Shown: piece by piece, positions 13,801 through 25,278 of the stretch
How positions within the stretch are numbered: the stretch's first letter is position 1
Layout: every line of letters begins with the position of its first letter
Origin: Octopus bimaculoides
Lineage: Eukaryota
Assembly: GCF_001194135.2 (NCBI RefSeq)
Contig: NC_068990.1
Coordinates: 64,177,023-64,241,022, forward strand
DNA length: 64,000 nucleotides
Reading direction: 5' to 3'
Program-made: the position numbers and the translations under genes
Notes under the pieces: generated by a model
Seen by the model: the letters and a program-made list of their open reading frames with translations, nothing else
Databases searched by the model: none
What the model was told of the DNA's origin: nothing

Positions 13801-13927
13801 TAATGACTCATTCTTTGTTCACTTCCTGTGCATTATTCTATGTACTGCTCATGCAGTTTTGGTTACATTTTCTGATAAGTTATTGGGCACCTGAGCAGTA
13901 TATGCAATAGGTTCATTATTATATATT

Positions 13928-14137
13928 CTTTTCTACTCTTGGCACAAGGCCTAAAATTTCTGGGGAGGGAACCAGTTGATTAGATCGACCCTAGTACACA
14001 ACTGGTACTTAATTTTTCGACCCTGAAAGGATGAAAGGCAAAGTCGACCTCGGTGGAATTTGAACTCAGAACGTAAAGACAGATGAAATACCGCTAAGCA
14101 TTTTTCCCAGCATGCTAACGTTTCTGCCAGCTTGCAT
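13928..14137 (-). mobile_element. SINE family A (tRNA head; central gtcgactttgcctttcatcctttc domain, Meta/Sauria-like)
   Basis: 20-bp TSD taggttcattattatatatt (13908-13927 / 14138-14157). Confidence 0.85.
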
Positions 14138-14164
14138 TAGGTTCATTATTATATATTATTAACT

Positions 14165-14385
14165 TTAAGGCAGCAAGCTGGCAGAATCGTTAGCTCATTG
14201 GGCAAAATGCTTAATGGTATTTTGTCCATCTTTATGTTCAGAGTTCAAACTCTGCCAAGGTTGACTGCATTTTATCCCTTCGGAGTCAATAAAATCAATA
14301 CCAGTCAAACACTGGGGTTGATGTAATCAGTTTATCCCCTCCCCAGAAATTGCTGGCTTTGTGCTAAAATATGAAGCCATTATTG
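14165..14385 (+). mobile_element. SINE family A
   Basis: gctggcagaatcgttagc...gagttcaaactctgcc...aaattgctggc. Confidence 0.8.
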
Positions 14386-14884
14386 TTATTAAGTTTTCTT
14401 CCAGAAATAGTAGAACAATTGTTTCATGGCCACTAGAACCAAGTCCAAATAAGGAGAGATAATCTCAAGAATCAAGAATTCTCCACAATTGACATGCCAT
14501 TAAGAAAATACATTTTGTTAAGAGATAAGAGAATGGCTGTCGGCATGTGTTTCTAGCACAATAATTGTCATTAGCACAGCAGTTATCCTATCTTATCTCC
14601 AGCAAATGGAACACTGAGACATATACAAAAAAAAATAATAGAATAGAGAGCTTGTTTATGACTTGGTTAATTTACAAAAATGAAAGGGAAGTGAGAATGA
14701 CTCTGAGTGACCGGTGGCTTATGTCTGAACAATGAAGATGAATAAGGGTATATTAAATACAATATAAAATAGATTCTGGATTTTATTGAAATTATCTCCT
14801 GTTCCTGGGATGGTAGTACAATCACCTGATGCTTCTGGGATGAATGCTATATATATGTATATCTGTGTGTTTGTGTTTGTGAGT

Positions 14885-15170
14885 GTGTAGCCTCATGATT
14901 AGGGTGTTGCACTTGCAATTGCTAAATCATGGGTTCGATTCCAGGATCAGGTGACGCATTATGTTCTTGAACAAAACTCTCGGTTTCACATTGCACCAGT
15001 CCACTCAGCTGTAATTGGGTAACCCTGTGATGGAATAATCTTCTAATCAGGGGAATATTGGTCTACTCTCTGAGCCAGCAGGCTCATCATTTAGAAGCTA
15101 AAACAATGCAAAGTACATTATGACTAGTGATGTATAGCAACATCCAGTTGTCAGATCATTTATATGATAC
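14885..15170 (+). mobile_element. SINE family C (degenerate)
   Basis: tRNA-like head (gggttcgattcc) then tgttcttgaacaaaac...ccagtccactcagctg. Confidence 0.6.
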
Positions 15171-15181
15171 ATATACATATA

Positions 15182-15379
15182 GGGGTAAGCAAAACTGTGT
15201 GATAAGAAGCTTGGTTCTCAACCACATGGTTCTAGGTTCAGACCCACTGTGTGGCACCTTGGGCAATTTTTTTCTAGTGTAGCCTCGGACTGACCAAAGC
15301 CTTGTGAATGAATTCAGTAGATGGAAACTGAAAGAAGCCCGTCGTATATATATAAATATATATGTGTGTGTGTATATGA

Positions 15380-15435
<56 letters not shown>

Positions 15436-15650
15436 GTATGTGTCTGTGTTCATACACACATCACCACTGACAACTGGTTTTGGTGTGTTTACATCCCTGT
15501 AATTTAGCAGTTCAGTAAAAGAAACTGACAGAACAAGTGCTAAGATTACAAAGAATAAGTCCTGGGGCTGATTTCTTCAACTAGAACCTTTTAAGGTGGT
15601 GCTCCAGCATGGCCACTGTCAAATGATTGGAACAAGTAAAAGAATAGCAG
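15182..15650 (+). mobile_element. SINE family B (CORE-like ggcaccttgggcaag) with internal (TA)/(TG) microsatellite
   Basis: Head, internal microsatellite and tail gctccagcatggccactgtcaaatga...aacaagtaaaaga shared with 30.6, 34.8, 48.5 and 56.3 kb copies. Confidence 0.8.
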
Positions 15651-15730
15651 AATAAAAGCATATCAATGAAACTAGTTGGCTTGGCTTTGAAAGCTCTAAT
15701 TCTTTTTTTTCATATTTTCATTTTCCTCAG

Positions 15731-15842
15731 GTTATAAAATCCCCAAATGCAAGACAGTTGATGACTACCGAATTTCTATTGAAGCCCTACCACTGCAAGA
15801 CACTCCTGAGTGCTTTGGCTTGCATGCTAATGCTGATATCAC
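15731..15842 (+). CDS. DNAH5: Dynein heavy chain exon ([38 protein letters not shown])
   Basis: Acceptor ttttcctcag, donor AC|gtgaga; phase 1 in, phase 2 out; too short for the ORF track. Confidence 0.95.
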
Positions 15843-16134
15843 GTGAGAACATTTGTTATTTTATTGTGCAACTGGGTTCTTATGATGTTTGTGTTTGTAA
15901 TTCATTCATTAGCTTCTTGATTTGATCATTCTCATGGATGTGTCACCTTACTGCTTTCATTTTATGCAGCATCCTTATTTTCTGGTCATTTTCCTTTTTG
16001 TCTTCATTTTCAGGGTTTTTGTTTGTTTGTTTTTTTTATTGGGTAATTTTTAGCCCATAATGCTCAACCAGTAAGTGTTTGGCTTCCTGGCTAGGGTATT
16101 TGGCTCACAATTGTATGGTTGTAGACGTAAGAAT

Positions 16135-16330
16135 CATTAGCATTCAAACAAAATGCTTTGTGGCATTTTGTCTGTCTTTATGTTTTAGGTTCAAATTCCA
16201 CCAAGGTCAACTTTGTCTTTCATCCTTTTGGGGTTGATGAAATAAATACCAGTTGAGCACTGGGGTTGAAGTAACTGAGTTAGCCCCCACCCTCAAACTT
16301 GCTGGCTTTGTGCCAAAGTTTGGAACCAAT
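16135..16330 (+). mobile_element. SINE family A
   Basis: ggttcaaattccaccaaggtcaactttgtctttcatcc... Confidence 0.75.
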
Positions 16331-16544
16331 ATGATCGACTTAAAGGTGCTGACTTGAACCAAAAGAGTAAATGACAAAAAATACTATAGGTAGACAGTGT
16401 GGGATGATCAGCTAATATACATTTTATGTCAGCTTTAATTAGACATAAACAGTTTGCAGCTGGCAACAAAATAATTACAACTTGAAAGTATTAACTGGAT
16501 TTGCTCAGTTTCAAAACACTGATTGGATATGTGCATATGATTAC

Positions 16545-16760
16545 ATAGACATGTCATCATCATCATTGTCATCACCATCATCATCATCACCATCATCGTC
16601 ATTGTCACCATCATCATCATCATCATCATCATCGTCATCATCACCCTCACTGTCACCATCATTGTCATCATTATCATTTAACGTCCATTTTCCATGCTGG
16701 TATGGGTTGGGTGGTTTGACAGAAGCTGGCAAGCCAGAAAGCTGCACCAAGCTCCTATTG

Positions 16761-16796
<36 letters not shown>

Positions 16797-16985
16797 ACAT
16801 GGGTTGTTTCAACAGCTGGATGCCCTTCCTAATACCAACCACTTTACAGAGTGTACTGGGTGTCTTTACCTGTGGCACCAGCATCAGTGCTTTATACATG
16901 GTACCAGCATAGGTGCTTTTTACACAGCACTAGTATGGGTACTTTTTATGTGGCACCAGCTTTTTACATGATGCAGCCTGCAAAT
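16545..16985 (-). mobile_element. RTE-LINE 3' UTR/tail with long (ATC)n and internal poly-T
   Basis: Reverse complement of the RTE tail; short ggtgcttttt subrepeats at 16860-16980. Confidence 0.75.
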
Positions 16986-17324
16986 ATTGACATCTTTTGG
17001 CTGAGCATAAGTATATTAATAGTACATGTGTTATTTAATCTGAAATAATGAATAATGAACTCAGTTTGGACAAAATTTAAAGACAGTGCAATGAAATACT
17101 GAATCAGTCATTGTAACCTATTGTACTGAAAAGTGTTTTAGTGTCTCAGCTAGTTTGCTATTATCTAAATAAACACTCTAGTCTATAGACTAAATACACC
17201 AGTCATTCAAAAGCAGATTAAACAGACACAACTTGTAGATCTCAACAGATATAATCAAAATATTAGATTAATTTATTCATCAAATTTTTCAGTGAACATA
17301 TTTCGTTGTGGTTGGAGGAGTGGC

Positions 17325-17368
<44 letters not shown>

Positions 17369-17689
17369 GGTGTGTGTGTTTGTGCACGTGTTTGTATGTG
17401 TGTGCATATAACCGTTAAGCTCTCTTTTCACCAAGCATCAAGCCAATATATTTCTTGTGCACGTTCTCACGTTCGTTGTTTTTCCTTTTTTTCTGCGTTT
17501 TTTTTTATCCAGTCCCACCCATGCCAACATGGAAGGTGGACATTAAATGATGACGACGATGTGGATGATAATGATTCATTTATATGAATTTTATTCTTTT
17601 ATTTTTTTTACACTTTTCAGCCATGTGGCTGCAGTCATGCTGGAGCACCATTTGTTTATTTGAATTGACTATTTGTGTGTGTGTGTGTG

Positions 17690-17830
17690 TAGGCACAAGC
17701 ATGGCTGTGTGGTTAGGAAGCTTTCTTCCAAGCCACATGGTTTCCAGTTCAGTCCCACTGCATGACACCTTGGCCAAGTGTCTTCTATTATAGCCTCAGG
17801 CTGACGGAAGCCTTGTGATTGAATCTTGTA
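17690..17830 (+). mobile_element. SINE family B head
   Basis: atggctgtgtggttaggaagc...gttcagtcccactgcatgacaccttggccaagtgtcttc. Confidence 0.75.
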
Positions 17831-17977
17831 GGTGGAAGTTACCATCGTATGTGTACATGTGTGTGTAAGCGCTTGAGAGAATGTATATATATGTACTTAT
17901 ATACATATATATTTATGTATAAATATATCTGTATATATTTGTAGATATATGTATATGTACATATATGTATGTATATA

Positions 17978-18892
17978 CTAGCTGACGTACCCGGTAATTC
18001 CCGGGAAAATGGGGCTTATCCTTTGGTTCTGTTCTCATAATTGTTTTGCTAATCCAATAACAACAATACAAAGTCTGTAGCCCTTAAAACGGTTTTTGTG
18101 CATTTACAGAGAATACCGAACTGTCTTACACAGGATCTTGTTTTTAGGAAATCCCAATAAGTTATGAAACCCTTAATTGTGAAGTCAGTTATGTAATAAC
18201 ATGAAATTAATTACCCGATAGTAAGAATTCAAATGAAGTAGCCCTGAAAACGGCTTTAATGTGTTCCCAGAGTATATAAAACATAGGAGGAAATACTAAT
18301 AAGGTATGTATACTAAAATCTTGAAGCTTGTTACATAATAATAGGGTAATCAGATATGAGATAATAACAATTCAAAGTAAATAACTCTGAAAAGGGTTTT
18401 TGTGCATTCCCAGAGAATATTACCCTCAGGGGCGCTAGTGTTGGTATATTCGTGAATAAGTCACTAACCAAAATAAGTGGATCTATTGTTTAGGAAAATA
18501 CTATTTACTTGTTTAAGGGTTGTACTGGATAAATTGAGAAAATAACTCTAACAGTTCAAATACTAAGAAATAGGCATACTAAATTTCATTTTTACCAAAT
18601 AATATAAGAAAATGAATGGGTTATTTCCCTTGGCTATATATAAGGATCCCTTCCAGGGCTGAATGGGCTATTTCCCTTGGTTTTAAAATAAAATATATTA
18701 GATATATATAAGTATCTCTTCCAGGAGCCCTATTATCGATTTTTTCAACAATCTGAGTATGCCATAAGGTTTCTAGACACGAGTTCTACTTACATATCAA
18801 GTTTCATCAAAATCGATAAAACGATGTAGGAGTAGTTAGCTAACAACTCCACAAACACACCCACAGACAGAATTTCCCATATATGTAGTAGA
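17978..18892 (-). mobile_element. Non-autonomous Helitron (915 bp)
   Basis: Minus strand A|TCTACTAC 5' end and ...CTAG|T 3' end. GC hairpin cccgg-taattc-ccggg 8 nt from the CTAG. Subterminal aagtttcatcaaaatcg...cacagacag motif. No TSD. Confidence 0.75.
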
Positions 18893-18906
18893 TAAGAGAT
18901 ATGTAT

Positions 18907-18916
18907 NNNNNNNNNN
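18907..18916. other. Assembly gap (10 N)
   Basis: N run next to TA repeats. Confidence 1.
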
Positions 18917-19519
18917 TATATATATATTTAGCAATTTGGCTATTTATTTCAGAATGATAATGAAGCACACTTCTTTAAGAAATCTATAAACTTTAAAAAT
19001 TATTGAAAATAGCTGAACCATCAGCAACATCATTAAACTAGGTTGTTATTGATTTCTTTTCAATCCCAAGTTGTCATATTCTTGTAACTTTTTATAGCTT
19101 ACTCGAAGTAGAAACGGATAGTAGTGCCTACGAACTTCAGCAAGACCTTTAACACTGGTGGAGTAAAATCAGAGGCAGAAACCACCACCCATGGCCTGCT
19201 GTTGACTTCTACATAATTTCCTGAGCACTGTATATGGTGCTTATGACTGAAAGGTGCAGGTAGGATTGGGAGACGCAATCATCTTCCCAAGCCATATTAT
19301 AATAAAGAAACAGTTCCTTAACGCTATGGAACGGGCTGATTTGATAAAATTTTAAAATCCCTTGTTGAGTCAACAGTGACAAACTAATAGGAAGTGAGAA
19401 AATAAGAGGAAGAACTCAAAATATAGGGAATTTAACAAGTCATGTGAAACATGAAGATGGCAGAATACAGTGCTAGGAGAAGCAACAGAATGTAGGTGTG
19501 TAGCTAGAAATACTATGCT

Positions 19520-19850
19520 GGCCTGTTGTGTGCCAATGAGGAATCTATGCCAGTATTAGACTTACTTCTGTGGTCCATTATGATCTCCTTTGTGAGGGTC
19601 AGTATTTTGGGATCAGCATTTATTATTTCATCTCAGTCTTCCTCTTCCATAGAGTCCTTCCACTAAATAACATGGTGTACGTGTGCTTTTTTTATTCAGC
19701 TGTTGTTCATCACATGCATCACATATCCATAATCTTGCACAAAACAGATGATTTTTCTTATACCAAATTGTTTTTCTCTTAATTGATTTATGCTTCATTG
19801 TTGATGCACACCAACATTACACATCCAACAGAGTATGCTTGCCTCAATAA
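19520..19850 (-). mobile_element. Degenerate RTE-LINE C-terminal coding remnant
   Basis: Minus-strand EASILCWMCNVGVH... matches the 59.4-59.7 kb RTE peptide. Confidence 0.55.
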
Positions 19851-20182
19851 TGCCTACTTATCTCTCTTATCACTGACCCAAACCCACACATATATGAGAA
19901 ATTCCTCTCAGTTTTTCTGTATGTATGTGTGTTTGTGTGCATGCACATACATATCATTCTCTATTACTTTGTATATGTCTCTCTCCCTGTAGCTTCATAA
20001 ACTGAAAATTCAATTGGTACTGTTATCCTTGATGGCTCCTAAGCATCGTATATTATTCCCATTTTCTCAAGGAAGCCATTCAGCTAAATGAACATTATTC
20101 TGTTACTTTATTACTAAAAGTCTCTCTTGACTCTATGTTGGCACAAAGTAAATGAATAAATTGAAATAGTCAGGATATGTCA

Positions 20183-20515
20183 CATCATCATCATCATCAT
20201 CATCATCATTTAACATCCATTTTCCATACTGGCATAGGTTGGACAGTTTGACTAGAGCTAGCAAGATTCCAGTCTGATTTGACTTGGTTTCTAAGGCTGG
20301 ATGCACTTCCTAATGCCAACTACTTTACAGAATGTACTAGGTGCTTTTAATGTGGATTGGCACAGGTGCTTTTATGTAGACCAGTACTAGTGCTTTTTAT
20401 GTGGACCAGCATGGGTACTTTTCATGTGAACTAGAACAGGAGCTTTTTACATGGGCCAGCATAGGTGCTTTTTAGGTGGACTGTCATTGGTGCTTTTTAC
20501 ATGGACCAATACAGA
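20183..20515 (-). mobile_element. RTE-LINE 3' tail with ~24-25 bp subrepeat array
   Basis: (ATC)n tail; ~7 ggtgctttttatgtggaccagcat-like units at 20340-20510. Confidence 0.75.
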
Positions 20516-21049
20516 ATAATTAATTTTAGGTTAATCATAACCAACATGGCCACAGCTGTGAACTCTACTTTATTATCAAGACTGACTGATGGACAAAAGA
20601 ATCATTTCCATAAGTCTTCATAGCAGATCATCTCAATAACAACAGCAACCTAGTTATGAATGGTGACTGTAATAAGTGTGCTATGAAACAACATAGTAAT
20701 GATTCTGAAGTAGCTATGGTTATGATAAATGGAATGAAAAGCTATCAAGGCTCTTTGAAACTGTATGTTGCACATTACCCAACCATTTGCAATTTTAACT
20801 TCAGTAAATTAGCCAGCCATCTGATCACTTAACACTCAAGTGAGCACCACACAAACCAGATAGATTTCATATTCACCAGGAAACAGGATGGATAGATGGT
20901 TGTGAATTAAAGTATTTCTTTAGAAAAAAGTGTGTACAACTGAACATAGACAAATGATTAGTGACATCAGAATAAGAGGTACACTAATCCAATAGCACAA
21001 ATCAATCTGGGGAATCTTTAAAATTTCTTGGACATATGAAGGTCTAAAG

Positions 21050-21285
21050 CAATGGTGCTCAACAGGGATCCATTTAAGATTTTTCTGTTAAAATTTATCT
21101 GCAATAAATTGGTTATACTTCTACAATTCCCAAAATATTTTAAATATTTTTTTATATATATATCCTAATAATATTTGATCATAAAAATATATGATTTCTT
21201 TTAAACATTGAATGGCATTGAGGGTTCATCTGAGTGAAATAGGAACCAAAGAAGTCTACAAGTAAAAAATTATTGAGAAACACTG
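21050..21285. mobile_element. hAT (Charlie-like) MITE
   Basis: TIR caatggtgctcaa/ttgagaaacactg; perfect 8-bp TSD gtctaaag (21042-21049 / 21286-21293). Confidence 0.85.
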
Positions 21286-21679
21286 GTCTAAAGAAGTGCT
21301 AGGTCATCATATATCAAGGAGAAATAGATAGAAACTTATTACATACCTTGGCAAAGAGAGAATAAACAGAAAGTAAGAAAAGGCATTAGCTGTTCTGGTT
21401 TGCAAAGAAATATGTCAGCATGATTCAGAATGTTGTTTGTTTGAAGTATATATGAAATGATGGTGCTGCACTCACTGTCAATGATGCCAAGAATAAAGAG
21501 GCAAAGAAATGTTGTTGTAAAAGGTTACTGAACAAGAAGAATGCATAGGAAAAAGAAACAGACAGACAGACAGACAATCTCAGATAGATTCAAGTGAATG
21601 ACTAATCACTGAAAGTGACTGGAATGCCATCCTGGCTGGTTGGGCAGATTCATGTCAAAGATTAACAACCTTCTAGTGA

Positions 21680-21822
21680 CTGGCATTAGGAAGGGCATCC
21701 AGCCATAGAAACCAAGCCAAATCAGACAGGAACTTGGTGCAGCTCTCCAGCCTGCCAGCTCTGGTCAAACCGTCCAACCCATGCCAGCAAGGAAATGGAC
21801 ATTAAATGATGATGATGATGTG
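21680..21822 (+). mobile_element. RTE-LINE 3' tail
   Basis: tggcattaggaagggcatccagcc...ggacattaaatgatgatg. Confidence 0.75.
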
Positions 21823-22335
21823 ACATATCTTCTTGACTATTTCAATTCTTTATCCATTTACTTTGTGCCAACATAGAGCCAAGGGAGACTTTTAGTAATC
21901 CAGGTAATTTCACCCATAGATGAAGGAATACCACAATGAACATCGCATATCAATGTCCACGCTCAGCTGTATTACAGAGAACCTTACAGCAGAGATTCCT
22001 CCCCATGCCTTCCAGGAGACCACTATTTATTTCCTCCTTCACCACTGTTTCTGCCATATGCAGTTAACAATATCCGGCAAGCAAGATTACTCCCTATCTA
22101 TAAAAGCCCCATAGAGCATCTCAGAATATCACAGTGACAGCTACATGTTTGAAAAATAGCCATTAAGGATACAAAAGCAGGGGAAGTAACTAGGGCATTA
22201 AGGACAGTCATTAGAATGATGAACATATCTGGCAAAATATGTTAGTTCCATGCATAGTTAATCAGGGAAGAGAGGAAGGGATCATTTCCAGGGAGTACTT
22301 TAGTATTAATATAGTCAACTGGACAATATTACAAT

Positions 22336-22865
22336 GACTGGCTCCCATGCCAGTGGCATGTAAAAAGCACCATCTGAATGTGATTGAAGCCTGGTCTGCA
22401 TGACTTGCTCTCATGCCGGTGGCACATAAAAAGCACCATCCAAACGTGATCAGTGCCAGTGGCCCCTGACTAGCTCCCATGCCAGGGTTATGTAAAAAGC
22501 TCTATCTGAACGTGATCGATGTCAGGGTCGCCTTACTGGCTCCAATACCGGTGGCACATAAAAAGCACCATCTAAACATGGCTGATGCTAGTGCATCCTG
22601 ACTGGCTTCCATGCCGGTGGCATGTAAAAATGCATTATCCAAACATGATCGATGCTAGGGCCACCTGACTGGCTCCTGTGTCAGTGGCACATGAAAAGCA
22701 CCCACTACAGTCTTGGAGTGGTTGGCATTAGGAAGGACATCCAGCTGTAGAAAGATTACCAGATCAGATTGGAGCCTGGTGCAGCTGCTGGCTCTCTAGA
22801 CCTCAGTCAAACTGTCCAACGCACGCCAGCATGGAAAACGGACGTTAAATGATGATGATGATGAT
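22336..22865 (+). mobile_element. RTE-LINE 3' UTR with 66-bp tandem array (~5.5 units) and (GAT)n tail
   Basis: Units begin gactggctcccatgcc.gtggca..taaaaagcacc every 66-67 bp from 22336. Confidence 0.8.
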
Positions 22866-23824
22866 GAAAGAAGATGCTCTTGGAAGAGGTAATTGTATGG
22901 GCATCAAAATAATGGAGCAAGTGATGAAAACCACAGGAAGAGCCAAAATAGAAGAAAATTTGTTTAGATATGAGACAGTCTGAATTTGTGTCAGGATGGG
23001 TTTCCAAGTGAGACAACTACAAGTGCTCTTAGAAAAGAACAAACCACTATATCTAGATTCATTGGGCCTAGAGAAGGTCTTTGACAGGGTACTGTACTCT
23101 GCAGTCTAATGGTCACAAAGAAAACTAGGGGATAAAATGGTTGTGAGAACTGTGCAATCATGCATGGAAATGCAGTTAGCAAAATGACTTCAGCTAAGAC
23201 TTTATGTAGGTATGTGTCCTTCAGAGCTTGATTCTCAAATTTTTTTATCTTTATCATAGTTCTCCATGTCATAGCAGCTGTCTTATGTATGTAGTTAACA
23301 TAATTCTCATACTAGGAACTGTAACATAACTGGAAAGGATATTTTAAACGTAGAAGCAAAACTTAGAATTGACAAGCTTTAAAGTAAACCTAGCAAAGAT
23401 TAAAGATTTAATCAACAGGAAAGAATACTGGATTCTTCTGCCACCTAGAAAGTAGCCATACTTGATACACACAAAAGAGGTGCTGATGGGAATACCATAT
23501 GGTGTACCCAATGTAAACAATAGCTACACAAGAGCTGCAGTAGGATCACAAGGAGGCTGACTGAGATGAAGGTCTTTATATGTAGCAAAAGTGCAGAGAT
23601 GAGCAATGACAACACACATAAAATAAGTGTTTTTCAAGCACCCAGAGGATTCTTTAGAAGTAATTGATTGCATCTGATGCCTAGGTAGCCAAGTTAACAG
23701 CAGAAGAGTATTCTGAAAGCATAGTAACCAGAATAAGAAGAAAATAGAAAAATTCAGGAAGTTATCAACTGGCAACAAAGGGACTCTCTTTGCAAAGGGA
23801 AGATAGATTGTGTGGTGCTTGTTT

Positions 23825-24422
23825 AAAGACCCCACCCCACCCCTTGGTCATGAATGACCATGAGATTGCACTTAGAAAATTGCTCTCCAAGGCACAAGTC
23901 TGGGCAAAGTTGTTTATGAAAGCTAAGCAGTCATAGCTTAGGCGGCGAGCTGGCAGAAACGTTGGCACGCCGGGCAAAATGCATAGCGGTATTTTGTCTG
24001 CCGTTATGTTCTGAGTTCAAATTCCGCCAAGGTTGACTTTGCCTTTCATACTTTCGGGGTCGATAAATTAAGTACCAGTTACGCACTGGGGTTGATGTAA
24101 TCGACTTAATTCTTTTGTCTGTCCTTGTTTGTCCCCTCTATGTTTAGCCCCTTGTGGGCAATAAAGAAATAGGAAGCTAAGCAGTCATGCATGCACACCA
24201 GCTTCCCCTCTCCACGCCATTGATGTTATCCAAAGGAAAGAGAAAGGCTGGTACAGCTTGGCACCAGTGATGTTGCAACTTATTTCTACAGCTGAGTGAA
24301 CTGGAGCAATGTAAAATAAAGCGTCTTGCTCAAGAACACAACACACAGCCTGGTCCAGGAATCAAATTCACTACCTCATGATTGTGAGCCTGATGTTCTA
24401 ACCGCTGAGCCATACACCTTCA
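23825..24422 (-). mobile_element. SINE family C with a nested family A SINE
   Basis: Reverse complement of 37529-37868, interrupted at 23935-24173. Confidence 0.8.
23935..24173 (+). mobile_element. SINE family A (well preserved)
   Basis: 15-bp TSD aagctaagcagtcat (23920-23934 / 24174-24188); A and B boxes intact. Confidence 0.9.
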
Positions 24423-25176
24423 CACAGGCACACGGCTCAGTGCTTGTATATAAGGTGCAATACTGAATTGTGGCAAAATATAAAATTCTAGACAGAGCCA
24501 TTTCACTTGTAAAATAAGCCCCAGGGCAAATTAATGCATTGGGCCCTATAATATTTGTTTGTTAACAGCAATACACAGCATACACAGATCAGAACTGGAC
24601 CCCTCAACCCATGAGGCCCCTTAGACTACAGCCCAGTATTCTCACATCTTAAGACTGCCTTGATTCTAGGATGTGCAAACGATGACTAGCAATGTGATGA
24701 GCATGCTCCACTGGATGTGTAACATGAATGTATATGAATGAATGACAGAGCACAAATGAGGAGAAAGCAAAACTAGGTATACAACACATTAGATGTGGCA
24801 TGCAAGACAGGAGATTGTATTGGTACAGACATGTGATGCATGTAAGAGGAATAGCAGCTGAGTGAGGAAGAAATGCCAATCGTTAGAGTGGAAGAAATTT
24901 GCAGAAGAGAGATAAATTAAGGTAAGCATAAGAAGTAATGGAGAAGGCTGAACCTCATGAAGGAGATTATGAAGGATCCCAATAAATGGTTAGATGGTTA
25001 TCACAATAATTGGCCAAAAGGATCACAATAAAGGGTTAGAGAAGACTTCTCCAAAGCATGCAAGTATAGAAAAATAGAAGTAAAATTACTGCTGATGATA
25101 ATATGTGCATGTGTATATTCATTAACACCCACCCACCCACACACATATATATGTGTGTGTGTGTGTGTGTGCATGC

Positions 25177-25213
<37 letters not shown>

Positions 25214-25278
25214 TGTATATATATTTCACTTAGGCATTGTGAGACTAATAATCTGGTATAGAACTCAATATACATATA

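Larger units (their letters stand above)
22870..25030 (+). pseudogene. Highly decayed RTE-LINE ORF2 (RT, PHD-like finger, C-terminus) with nested SINEs
   Basis: Remnants RQLQ...KPLYL...LEKVFDRV; KVNLAK; WCTQCK..HKSC; SMLHWMCN; RRLYWYRHVMH. Confidence 0.7.

Noticed and set aside
23935-24030. tRNA-like A/B-box sequences here and at other SINE heads
   Set aside because: They continue into SINE bodies, several with TSDs, and do not form a complete cloverleaf; not tRNA genes
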